Below are positions 1 to 8,598 of a DNA stretch of 26,585 nt, piece by piece (within the stretch, counting starts at the first letter, position 1; every line of letters starts with the position of its first letter). The notes below the pieces were generated by a model. The model saw nothing but the letters and a program-made list of their open reading frames with translations. It was not told where the DNA came from and made no database searches. This DNA is from a virus (lineage: Duplodnaviria; Caudoviricetes): the IMG/VR virus record IMGVR_UViG_3300032259_000753, positions 1 through 26,585 of that record; one strand, given 5' to 3'. The position numbers and the translations under genes were made by a program.

Positions 1-1796
1 ACAACTCTAGCTACCTCTTCCGCCTGATCTTCTCTCACCTCAACAACGAACTCATCGTGAACTACCATAAGCACCGTGGCGTCATAGTTCTCCCGTTCTA
101 GCCGCTCAAACAAAAAAGCAAGTGCCATTTTAGTTACGTCTGCTCCGCTCCCCTGAATGGGGGTGTTCTTTCCGCGGCGTTTAATGCTCGACTTGGCTCT
201 CCTGAACATGGGGTCGTCAGGAGAGGGGAGGGTAAGGAACCTTTTCCTTCCCGAAATAGTAGTAGCGTACCCATTGTACACCGCAGAGCTTGCACAGTTA
301 TCTAGGAACCGCTTGATGTGACTGTAACGCTTGAAGTAATCATCAATAATATCCTGTGCTTCTTCCTCTGTACACTTTAGAGTGTCCGCAAGAGAGTAAG
401 CTCCTCCACCAAAAACGAGGAAAAAGTTCAGAGTCTTAGCTTTTTTACGTTGATTAGGAGTAACCTCTTTGTAAGGTACTTCAAAGATAACAGAGGCCGT
501 GTACTTATGAACATCAAGGGTGTTTCCGTCTTCATCACGCTCTAGATATGCTTTGCGGAAAGTAGGGTCCCCTGACATATCAGCAAGGATTCTAAGCTCT
601 TGCTGACTAAAATCTGCAGTGACCAGTTTATACCCAGGCTTTGCTATAAAACAGCTACGGAAATCAAGAGAGTCATCATCGTCAGGATCAAATCCTGGTA
701 CCTGCTGAAGGTTAGGGTTGGATGAACTCATCCTCCCTGTGTCGGCCATAACCTGATTAAACTGCCCGTGCAGCCTCCCGGTGTTCTTATTTATCTTGGC
801 TAAGAACTTGGAGCCGTAAGAACTAACAACCTTTTGGAAGCCACGCCACTTAATAAGCTGAGGGAATACCGCGTGTTTATTTTTGTAGCGCTTGAGTGTA
901 CCCTCGTCCGTGTCATCTAGTTTAAACCCGAGGCGCTTTAGGTTCTTTAGTAGCTGCGGCTGGCTGCCGATGTTAAACGTAGGCAAACCAAACAAGGTCT
1001 TTTGAGGCATCACACTTTCAAAGTGCTTGTACACCCGAGCCGAAATTTCTCGGTGCTTTACCACAGCCTCTCCTACTAGATCCTTCCACCGCTCCTGGTC
1101 TACAATAACACCCGCAACCTCGGCTTTAGCAAGAGCAGGCAAGGCCCTGTTCTCCATAGCCATTGCTAGGTGAATGTCGTGCTCTCTGAGCAGCTCCATC
1201 TGCTGATAGTAAATGTCGGGAAGAAGAACAACGTCAGCGCCGGAATACGCGTTCTCGCTGTCTGTTATGGGATCTTCAATAGGATCACGGTCAATAAATC
1301 CGGAGCGGGCTTCTTTCTTAAGCTCTATTCCTAAGTACTTGAGGACTACTTCCCGAAGAGAAGGCCTGCGGCGAGCATTGGGGAGCCCAACCGTCAGAAG
1401 ACGCTCTGCAACCTGGCAGCAAAATAAGTTACGTACCTTTATCCCGTAATGCCTGTAAATCCACTTCCAGTCATACTTAGCCTGGAAAAAAACCTTCAGG
1501 ATATCGGGAGACTCCAGTAGTTCCTTCAAAGGAGAAAAGTCTACGTCTCTCCCCGTGGCTTCTTTAGAGTGCCACCCTTCAAAAACAAAGCACTTATCAC
1601 TCGTCCCTACCTGGAGAAGAATAGGCCAGCCGTTGTGGGGGTCGATAGTGCTGTTTTCCGTGTCAACTGCTAGTAGCAGCTCACTGGATAGTTCCTCGGC
1701 TGCCCGCGCGACACCTTCTGTTGTATTTATGATCTCGTAGTCAACTGAGTCGGCAAAGTTAACCTGGGCGGATGTATTGGTAAAAACACTAGACAT
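1..1796 (-). CDS. polA: Family A DNA polymerase (3'-5' exonuclease + polymerase, no 5'-3' exonuclease), C-terminus truncated by window edge
   Basis: Hand translation from ATG at 1796 gives 598 open codons to the window edge (MSSVFTNTSAQ...). Motifs: ExoI LAVDTE, ExoII QAKYD, ExoIII YSGAD, DTGRMSSSNPNLQQVP, motif A ADFSQQELRILA, motif B RKKAKTLNFFLVFG, NTPIQGSGAD, motif C VHDEFVVE. Absent from the ORF track because its stop lies outside the window. Confidence 0.96.
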   Translation of the reverse strand, partial: MSSVFTNTSAQVNFADSVDYEIINTTEGVARAAEELSSELLLAVDTENSTIDPHNGWPILLQVGTSDKCFVFEGWHSKEATGRDVDFSPLKELLESPDILKVFFQAKYDWKWIYRHYGIKVRNLFCCQVAERLLTVGLPNARRRPSLREVVLKYLGIELKKEARSGFIDRDPIEDPITDSENAYSGADVVLLPDIYYQQMELLREHDIHLAMAMENRALPALAKAEVAGVIVDQERWKDLVGEAVVKHREISARVYKHFESVMPQKTLFGLPTFNIGSQPQLLKNLKRLGFKLDDTDEGTLKRYKNKHAVFPQLIKWRGFQKVVSSYGSKFLAKINKNTGRLHGQFNQVMADTGRMSSSNPNLQQVPGFDPDDDDSLDFRSCFIAKPGYKLVTADFSQQELRILADMSGDPTFRKAYLERDEDGNTLDVHKYTASVIFEVPYKEVTPNQRKKAKTLNFFLVFGGGAYSLADTLKCTEEEAQDIIDDYFKRYSHIKRFLDNCASSAVYNGYATTISGRKRFLTLPSPDDPMFRRAKSSIKRRGKNTPIQGSGADVTKMALAFLFERLERENYDATVLMVVHDEFVVEVREDQAEEVARV

Positions 1797-2772
1797 TGCT
1801 TATTCCCCTCATAGCATTGAGCACGAGGGCAGGGTCCGTCCTTAAAGAAGAGGTCACTTCCTCTTTTCTAAACTCTGCTAGGTCTTCCAGGTCCCCTAGT
1901 ATTGAGTGCCTAGGCTTCCACCCGCCTTTAACCAGGGAATTCAATAACTCTACGTCTGCTACGGAGGAAAAAGTTCCCCCCTTCTTCACTTCGTATATCT
2001 CGTGGTTAGCACCAATACATTTAATCATAGCGCCAACTAGTCCCCGCAGGGTTGTTGGCTTACCTGTACCTATGTTAACAGTCCCAGAGAAGCCTGACTT
2101 AATTACCGCTAAAAACGCATCTTTGACATCTTCGGCGTGTATGAAGTCACGTCTGTCCAAAGGACTGACTAGCCCCACGGGGTCTTGTTTTAAGAATGAG
2201 TCCATGAGAAAACTAACGACCCCTGTACGCGGGGAAAACATTACCCGGGGGCCGTACATGTCAAAAATTCTAAGAGCAGTAAATGGAATGCCCAAGGTGT
2301 TACAGTGGTACTCTAAGATAGACTCGGCAGCACGCTCCGCTGTACCGTGGTGTGTAGCGCTGCGTAAAATCTTTCTTGATTCTTTAAGAGGCTTATGGGT
2401 CTGCGGTCCCCCGTACACCTCATGCCCTGAACAGAAATAAACATGTTTAACCTCGGGTCCCAGTATCGAACAAAGAGAGTTGGCGCATCCCAGCGTTAAT
2501 TTTGTGTCCTCATAGAACTTGTAGATGACATCACGAGAAAAGTAGTGGGCCACTGCCAAGATAATAATCTCAGGGTTAAACGCCTTTACTGGGTGCTGTA
2601 CCGCGTTTAAATCAGTAAAATTTGTAGTAAATATGCGAAAGGCTGACGAAGTTCTGTACTTTAAGCTTCCAGAAAAATCGTCACACAAGGCCACATCATG
2701 GCCCGCCTGCTCTAATGCAGGAGCTAAATAGCTGCCAAGTAGCCCCGCACCTCCGACTAGTAAAACACGCAA
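1789..2772 (-). CDS. NAD-dependent epimerase/dehydratase (extended SDR) fold protein, catalytic YxxxK absent
   Basis: N-terminal GGAGLLG Rossmann motif, EVYG, LRIFDMYGPR, RDFIHAEDV, VNIGTG. The YxxxK position reads HGTAE. TTG start preceded by GAGGGG. Confidence 0.88.
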   Translation of the reverse strand: MRVLLVGGAGLLGSYLAPALEQAGHDVALCDDFSGSLKYRTSSAFRIFTTNFTDLNAVQHPVKAFNPEIIILAVAHYFSRDVIYKFYEDTKLTLGCANSLCSILGPEVKHVYFCSGHEVYGGPQTHKPLKESRKILRSATHHGTAERAAESILEYHCNTLGIPFTALRIFDMYGPRVMFSPRTGVVSFLMDSFLKQDPVGLVSPLDRRDFIHAEDVKDAFLAVIKSGFSGTVNIGTGKPTTLRGLVGAMIKCIGANHEIYEVKKGGTFSSVADVELLNSLVKGGWKPRHSILGDLEDLAEFRKEEVTSSLRTDPALVLNAMRGISNV

Positions 2773-2773
2773 G

Positions 2774-3031
2774 CTACACCCCTCTTTTTCTCTTAGTCCT
2801 TATAATTGGAACACGAACCTCACCACAGTCACCGAATACCTGTATGATAAAAGCCTCAATGTCGTCGTTTACCGCCTTAATGCGGCAAACATCAGTTCGT
2901 GGGGCAGTAATAACGAGAGTGCCTGAAGCAGCAGCAGTATGAGAGCCCAGTGTCCTCCCCGTAGCTGCATCAGAGATGGTAATCTTGTCGCCTGGCGCGA
3001 CACCGGTAAACGTAAATTCACAGTTAAGCAT
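2774..3031 (-). CDS. Hypothetical protein, 85 aa, beta-rich with basic C-terminus
   Basis: Fills the gap between neighbours exactly. AGGAGA RBS upstream of ATG. No recognised motif. Confidence 0.7.
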   Translation of the reverse strand: MLNCEFTFTGVAPGDKITISDAATGRTLGSHTAAASGTLVITAPRTDVCRIKAVNDDIEAFIIQVFGDCGEVRVPIIRTKRKRGV

Positions 3032-3042
3032 GCAGTCTCCTA

Positions 3043-3843
3043 TTAGAAGCGAAAAGAGTGGCCGTTGAGTACTTCGTAGTACCGAGCAATATCTCCGCGG
3101 TCGTAAGTCGCAGGATTTTGCTTGACTGCTTCCATGTATACCATTACTTCAGCTGAATCTATGTCGTCGAACTCGGGGCTCTTAGGGTCAACTCCCGAAA
3201 TATCAACACCATTAAATACGGTAGGTGTGAACCCTGCCTTCTGCAGTAAACAGTAAAGTTGGCGAGGGGTATAACAGATTATGTGATGAAGCCACGTATC
3301 GTACGTGTACCCTTTACTTGGAGGGGTCTCTACAATAATTGTTCCTCCAATACGAAGAACCCTGTTACACTCCAAAAAAGCTACAATCGGCATACAAGAG
3401 TGCTCAAACACTTGGTACCCTGCCACAATATCAAATTCTCCAGCGCTAAACGGCAACATATGGATGTCGCACAGAGTAAGGTTTTCTCCCACTACTTCTT
3501 CTGCAAACTTCATATTACGTAAGCCAAGGGTCGTACCTTCAACTCTGCGTGCCCCAAGAGACCGGGCCAACTTTACCTCTCTTCCCGTACCTGTTCCCAG
3601 GATTAAAAGGTCTTTGTCTTTAATCTTGTCTCCCGCAAACCTATTTAACGTTACACCTTCATTCGTTAAACTGTCATCAATATCCTGTCCGTTTTGAACA
3701 TTAATTAAGAAGTACATCTTCTTTCTTAACGATTCCATTTCCTCCGCTGTGTACTCGTAAGTGGCATGGAGGTTAGAGTTACGGTGCTTATCGTAAAACT
3801 CTTTCTTTTGTTTTTCTATTTCTTCAGGAGACGTTGTGTACAT
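3043..3843 (-). CDS. Class I SAM-dependent methyltransferase fold protein
   Basis: LILGTGTG glycine loop, CDIHMLPF...FDIV...VFEH...ECNRVLRIGG pattern typical of Methyltransf_11-like proteins. Confidence 0.85.
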   Translation of the reverse strand: MYTTSPEEIEKQKKEFYDKHRNSNLHATYEYTAEEMESLRKKMYFLINVQNGQDIDDSLTNEGVTLNRFAGDKIKDKDLLILGTGTGREVKLARSLGARRVEGTTLGLRNMKFAEEVVGENLTLCDIHMLPFSAGEFDIVAGYQVFEHSCMPIVAFLECNRVLRIGGTIIVETPPSKGYTYDTWLHHIICYTPRQLYCLLQKAGFTPTVFNGVDISGVDPKSPEFDDIDSAEVMVYMEAVKQNPATYDRGDIARYYEVLNGHSFRF

Positions 3844-3845
3844 TT

Positions 3846-4832
3846 CTATTCCTCAGGATAATGCGAATGAATGTGCTTTTTAAGGTCGTCAATAAATCGT
3901 CCGTGGTGGCCGTTTTTAAGGATGTCCCAATCTATTTTTCCAGTTTTAGTGACTGTTTCCATGTAGTCACTCCACGAATCGCAGTCATAGTCGTTGAACT
4001 TAGTGGTCCTTCCGTGGTGGTTGGCTCCCGCACAGACCGAAGCGCGTTGCCTGTCCCACTTAATAAGCTTTGAGTCTGGGACACCAAATATCTTAGGATA
4101 GTTGGTATACCCTACCTTAATAAACCTACCAGAAGAATCGTGGGTACGTCCTTTTGCATCCTTGTCCATATCATTGGCTAGTCTCGAACCAGAAAGTATA
4201 CACGAAAAGTACCCAAGTTTCCACCCTTTATTAATAAAAGGCATGTCTCCATAAATAGAGTACTCCGAGTAACCCCCGACCTCATACCAGTATGATTTTC
4301 TAAACCCAATGGCCCACCCTCCTCCATGTTTACACAGGAGAGAGTAGTGGCCTGCTTGCGGGTTGGTGCAGGAGATTATACCCGCAGAATCTACGTCGCT
4401 CTTGAGCCCGTTTTCGTTGTACGAGTGGCCTAAATAAACGGTACCCACGTAAGGAGCCGAGTTGAGTAAGTCAGTAGTCCTCCGCATGAAAGGAGCTAGG
4501 ACTTCTACGTCATCATATAGTAAGATAACATTCTTGGAACGCGTTAGAGAAACCGCTGTGTTTGCGTTTACGTGGAGGCCCTTGTTTCTCCCCAAGTTGA
4601 CGGCGACGTGGCTAACCTTGTCCTTTATCTCCGAGATAAAGTCGTAGTTGTCGTACAACAACCCCCCATCGTCACTAACTACTAGTTCAAACGGCATGTC
4701 TGCGTGCTTGTGAATGGAATCTATTAACCGCTTTAGTCTGTCGTGGCGATTAAATGAGACTATTGCAATGGAACAAAAATCCTCATTATGGATACTTGCT
4801 CTTCCCGGGAATGTCCGTAAGAATTCACTCAT
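3846..4832 (-). CDS. Glycosyltransferase family 2 (GT-A)
   Basis: SIAIVSFNR...FELVVSDDG...N.GL...N...ILLYDDVEV, later EVGGYSE...GD. Confidence 0.88.
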   Translation of the reverse strand: MSEFLRTFPGRASIHNEDFCSIAIVSFNRHDRLKRLIDSIHKHADMPFELVVSDDGGLLYDNYDFISEIKDKVSHVAVNLGRNKGLHVNANTAVSLTRSKNVILLYDDVEVLAPFMRRTTDLLNSAPYVGTVYLGHSYNENGLKSDVDSAGIISCTNPQAGHYSLLCKHGGGWAIGFRKSYWYEVGGYSEYSIYGDMPFINKGWKLGYFSCILSGSRLANDMDKDAKGRTHDSSGRFIKVGYTNYPKIFGVPDSKLIKWDRQRASVCAGANHHGRTTKFNDYDCDSWSDYMETVTKTGKIDWDILKNGHHGRFIDDLKKHIHSHYPEE

Positions 4833-5471
4833 TTATTTCCTCGGGGTAAGTGTAAAAAAGCCAACGCCATTAGAATACCTAGTCTGATGCTCCTTAAGTC
4901 CTGGTACTTGGTGACTCACACCCGCTACCTTCCACCCCTCATCCCTAAAAAAACAAGCCCAGGCGTCGCGGTCCTGGCGCACAATATGAGTGACGTCCAA
5001 CTCATCTTCAGGGACAATATACCTACCATCTTTAGCCAGCGGAACAATAACAAATAAAGACTCTGTCATTTCCTTAAACTTAGCCAAGATGGATCCGGCC
5101 ACATCAAGTTCCACGTGCTCAAATACATCTTTGGCAATTATGTGGTCAAAATTGCGGTCAAAGGGAACACACTCCTCTACCGTGCACAACTTGAGGTAGG
5201 GCTTTACATCCTCGTTGCACGAAAGTATCGCATACTCAGAGATATCGCATCCCCAAGCCTTCCGCCCTAAGAGACGGAAGGCTTTAACGTAGTGCCCCTT
5301 AGCACAGCCAAAGTCTAAAACAGAGGAATCTCTCTCTATTCCCAGGTAGTCAATGTAAGACATAACAGCAGGGATAGTTTTATCCGGCAACCAACGGTAG
5401 TTCTCGTAACAAGACTTACCTGTTTGAGGCCCTCTCTCAAAGTAGTCGTAATCAAACTTATTCCCTGGCAT
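4833..5471 (-). CDS. Class I SAM-dependent methyltransferase
   Basis: VLDFGCAKG, AWGCDISEYA, FDHIIAKDVFEH, DVTH motif. Confidence 0.92.
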   Translation of the reverse strand: MPGNKFDYDYFERGPQTGKSCYENYRWLPDKTIPAVMSYIDYLGIERDSSVLDFGCAKGHYVKAFRLLGRKAWGCDISEYAILSCNEDVKPYLKLCTVEECVPFDRNFDHIIAKDVFEHVELDVAGSILAKFKEMTESLFVIVPLAKDGRYIVPEDELDVTHIVRQDRDAWACFFRDEGWKVAGVSHQVPGLKEHQTRYSNGVGFFTLTPRK

Positions 5472-5480
5472 TACTAACGC

Positions 5481-6098
5481 CTATACTTTCTGGTAAAGGT
5501 ATTCTGAGCGGCCGTTAAAATCTAACAGCTCAAAGCCTAGATTCTTCATAAACTTTTCCCACCCTATGGGGGTAAAAGAGTAACCATCCGTGTCTTCGGG
5601 GTTCCCAACAGACTCGGGACGGTTGTCCTCTCTAAAGGTGTTCTCCGAACAAAGGAGATAACCACCGTCCTTAAGGATACCATGGATTCCTTTTACAATC
5701 TCGGTCTTATCGGGAGCATGCCTGTTGTGCTGAAGAACCGAAGCCGTAAAAACAACATCAAACGTTTGCGGTTCGTACGATTCCCCTAATGTACGGGCAT
5801 TTCCCTGTTTCCAAACGTTGCCCGGCTCCAAATCCTCAGCCAACTTTAACATTCTAGAGCTTTGGTCAAACCCTTCGTACGTCATTCCTCGGAACAGTAA
5901 CTGCCAGTAACCAGGACCACATCCTACATCTAAAGCACGCGTGCCTCCGGCCGGTATGATAACAGTAAGTACCTTATTGCGTAACCACCCTCCTAATGAG
6001 GTACTTTCTGTGTCACTAAATTCAAAGAAAGACCTCTCTGCTTCCCTGCACTGGTCCGCATGAACATCCCAAACATTAACATCTCTACCATCAGCCAT
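5481..6098 (-). CDS. Class I SAM-dependent methyltransferase
   Basis: ALDVGCGPG, YEGFDQSSRML, FDVVFTASVLQH, ILKDGG. Confidence 0.92.
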   Translation of the reverse strand: MADGRDVNVWDVHADQCREAERSFFEFSDTESTSLGGWLRNKVLTVIIPAGGTRALDVGCGPGYWQLLFRGMTYEGFDQSSRMLKLAEDLEPGNVWKQGNARTLGESYEPQTFDVVFTASVLQHNRHAPDKTEIVKGIHGILKDGGYLLCSENTFREDNRPESVGNPEDTDGYSFTPIGWEKFMKNLGFELLDFNGRSEYLYQKV

Positions 6099-6124
6099 TA
6101 AATGCTCCTTAAATACATTGTTCC

Positions 6125-7648
6125 CTAGGGAAAGTTAACATGGCTAATACTCGGGGACCCCTCTGGAGCACCAGCAGGATTAGCAACAAGGCTTTTTACT
6201 TCGTTATTGTTGTTCATGAAAAGGCAGGCAGAGCACATCTCACGTGGGTCAAAGAAGGGCTGCAGCGGTTCCGCAAACAAGCGAGACACTTCGGTGTTGG
6301 GAACAGTCCCCCACTTTTCGTGGTCAAACTTACGTTCAGATGCCAACACAGAGTTATCTGTTGCCTCTTCGGCGAGAACCGTAATAGAGTCACATGCGTA
6401 ACAGTATGACTTTCCGTTTTCTTCGTGGCCAGTTGTATCCCAAAACACATTGTATGCTTGAAGGAAGCACTGACCCGCATCAAACAAGGAGTTAGCTTCC
6501 TCCGATGTACCGTGGTACTTCAGTTGATGAAAAAACTTACCCAGGGGCTTCCCCTCTGAGTCAATGTAACCTAAACGGTACATCCTCTCTGATAAGTCCT
6601 GGTGAGCACGTAACTGAGCGCCGCGAGTGAGGTTACAGTCGGTCAGCATGCGGCAGTAGATGAACCCGTTATCCTCCATAGACTGGTGTATTCTATGAAG
6701 AATATCGTCATCTGTCCAGGGACCATACACATACGAGTACCCTACCGTAGTAGAAGGGTTATCTATTAACGTATCAGGAAGCCGCTGGTTGTTAAACTTA
6801 CCGTCTATATAGTGGGGAGAGGCATCCTCCGGGGTAACTGATATCCTAACCCACTTAAACTTGTTGTATGTTTCGTCGGGGATGTTCTTAGGGAACCCGT
6901 TGGTAATAAGACCAAGGTCAATGTCTAGTTTAGAGACCCACTCAACAAATTCAGTGAATGGGGGCCACAAGTTAGGTTGGCCGCCGCCCGAAAGAATAAG
7001 ACCTCTGAGCCTGATATCAGTCCCTGCTTCTCTAATGTAATTATTATTGTGCTCGGGAAAGTTCGCCCTGTTATACTCTGCCTGGTCTACGTACAGGGCA
7101 TTAACAAAGTCCTTAGCCTCCTGCAAGCTAATAGAGTCCTTTTTATTCCTAGAGATGGTGGAACAAAAATTGCACCGAGAAGAACAAACTTGGTGTAAGG
7201 TAAGGGTAGCCCTGATGATGCTTCCAAAGCCCGTCTCTTTTAGCTTGTTAAATATAGGCCAGTGGTGTCTAAGTTTAGCCCCCGTGGAGGTAAAAGATGT
7301 CTCTGCTCTAGTTAACTGGTGCCTTACGTCCGATGGAGATACTTTAGCGACCGACCTCTCATTTAGTTTACCAGCTGCTAGGTCCTTCTCATAGATATCA
7401 AAGGAGGCCGTACTGCCCCTGACTTCAAAGTTGGCCATAATAAAGCGAGCCACCTCTTCCGTTATCTCATCGCTCTTAATGATGCTTCCGTCCTCGCGGA
7501 GGAGGTTATAACGTGTGTGTTCAGCAAAATGCCCGCCACCTACTTGGCTGCGGAGCTGCAGGCTATTCTTCTGCAACCGGAAGCTAAAGCGGTACGACAA
7601 CTCGTACCCCCCTGCCTCTGCCTTAATAGCTACTTTATTGGCGGCCAC
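6125..7648 (-). CDS. Radical SAM enzyme with Cys-rich C-terminal (SPASM/twitch-like) region
   Basis: CSSRCNFC (CxxxCxxC), LSGGGQP, GLITNG, WVRISV; C-terminal CFLQ...CYAC...CSAC. GTG start. Confidence 0.9.
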   Translation of the reverse strand: MAANKVAIKAEAGGYELSYRFSFRLQKNSLQLRSQVGGGHFAEHTRYNLLREDGSIIKSDEITEEVARFIMANFEVRGSTASFDIYEKDLAAGKLNERSVAKVSPSDVRHQLTRAETSFTSTGAKLRHHWPIFNKLKETGFGSIIRATLTLHQVCSSRCNFCSTISRNKKDSISLQEAKDFVNALYVDQAEYNRANFPEHNNNYIREAGTDIRLRGLILSGGGQPNLWPPFTEFVEWVSKLDIDLGLITNGFPKNIPDETYNKFKWVRISVTPEDASPHYIDGKFNNQRLPDTLIDNPSTTVGYSYVYGPWTDDDILHRIHQSMEDNGFIYCRMLTDCNLTRGAQLRAHQDLSERMYRLGYIDSEGKPLGKFFHQLKYHGTSEEANSLFDAGQCFLQAYNVFWDTTGHEENGKSYCYACDSITVLAEEATDNSVLASERKFDHEKWGTVPNTEVSRLFAEPLQPFFDPREMCSACLFMNNNNEVKSLVANPAGAPEGSPSISHVNFP

Positions 7649-7651
7649 TGT

Positions 7652-8575
7652 CTAGCTCCAATCATCAAGATTTTTGATGTCTCTGAACTCCTCTGGTTCT
7701 TCTTCCGGGTGAAGCACTCGAAAATAAGTACGATACCACTCGCGCCACTCAGAGCTTCCGTCCCAGGTCTTGTTACTCAAAGCATTAGGTCCCGCCTTGG
7801 GTGTGCCTTCGTACATATGGTCAATCATCAATTGCTTGATCTCAGCATCGATGTTCCCCGCCACCATGTACTTGTAAAACTCGTGCCAGGAATCAATACC
7901 TACCTTCTTGCGGATAAGCGTACGTGCTTTCTTCCAGATAGGATTACGGTCTCCCAAATTAGGGCCGCCGCCGGCAACAAAAGAATTACGGCAGCCCCGT
8001 ACCCAAATAACATTCTCTTGCTTAACGTGTTCGTACTCTAGTGAAGTATTCATAATGTTATGAGGAATACCACCCTTACCCTCATGACATTTAAAACCGG
8101 TATAGTGGAAAGCAGGGTCCCACTTGAAGAACAGCTGCTTCCAGTACTCATCCAGGTTGTCATAGACGCGCGTACTTCCCTTCAAAGATACGCTCCTAGA
8201 TTGGAACCCTACCATATTGTTTCCGTCCTTCTCAGCCCTGTCCGCGGCGGCGTGCAGCTTCTCAAGGGCCAGTGTAGCAAAGAACTCATCGGGGTCACAC
8301 GTTAGGACCCAGTCTCCCGGCTTGGCAATCTCGTTAATTCGTTTAACATAATTATTGCGCTGAGCGGGGAAATCATCCTGCCAGGGGCAAACGTAGAACC
8401 TCAACTTAGGCTCTACTTGAGACCAATTACGCATATAAATGATGGTGTCGTCCGTGCTTCCACCGTCTATTATTGTAGCAGAGTCTACATAAGGAAGAAC
8501 CTTTTCTAGGTTAGCGATCACTTCCCACAAGTTGTTCTGGCACATCATCCCTAAATGAATTTTTCGGTCACTCAT
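7652..8575 (-). CDS. Glycosyltransferase family 2 (GT-A)
   Basis: IIDGGSTDDT, WQDDFPAQRN, DWVLTCDPDE, later CHE. Confidence 0.88.
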   Translation of the reverse strand: MSDRKIHLGMMCQNNLWEVIANLEKVLPYVDSATIIDGGSTDDTIIYMRNWSQVEPKLRFYVCPWQDDFPAQRNNYVKRINEIAKPGDWVLTCDPDEFFATLALEKLHAAADRAEKDGNNMVGFQSRSVSLKGSTRVYDNLDEYWKQLFFKWDPAFHYTGFKCHEGKGGIPHNIMNTSLEYEHVKQENVIWVRGCRNSFVAGGGPNLGDRNPIWKKARTLIRKKVGIDSWHEFYKYMVAGNIDAEIKQLMIDHMYEGTPKAGPNALSNKTWDGSSEWREWYRTYFRVLHPEEEPEEFRDIKNLDDWS

Positions 8576-8598
8576 ACTCGCCTCTTTCTTAAAACCTT

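Noticed and set aside
5472-7654. Possible TAG recoding/readthrough: TAG stops are frequent (12 by my count), and those at 7652 and 5481 are in frame with the next gene
   Set aside because: The other ten are out of frame with, or overlap, the next start, and genes are full length under the standard code. Two in-frame cases are expected by chance.
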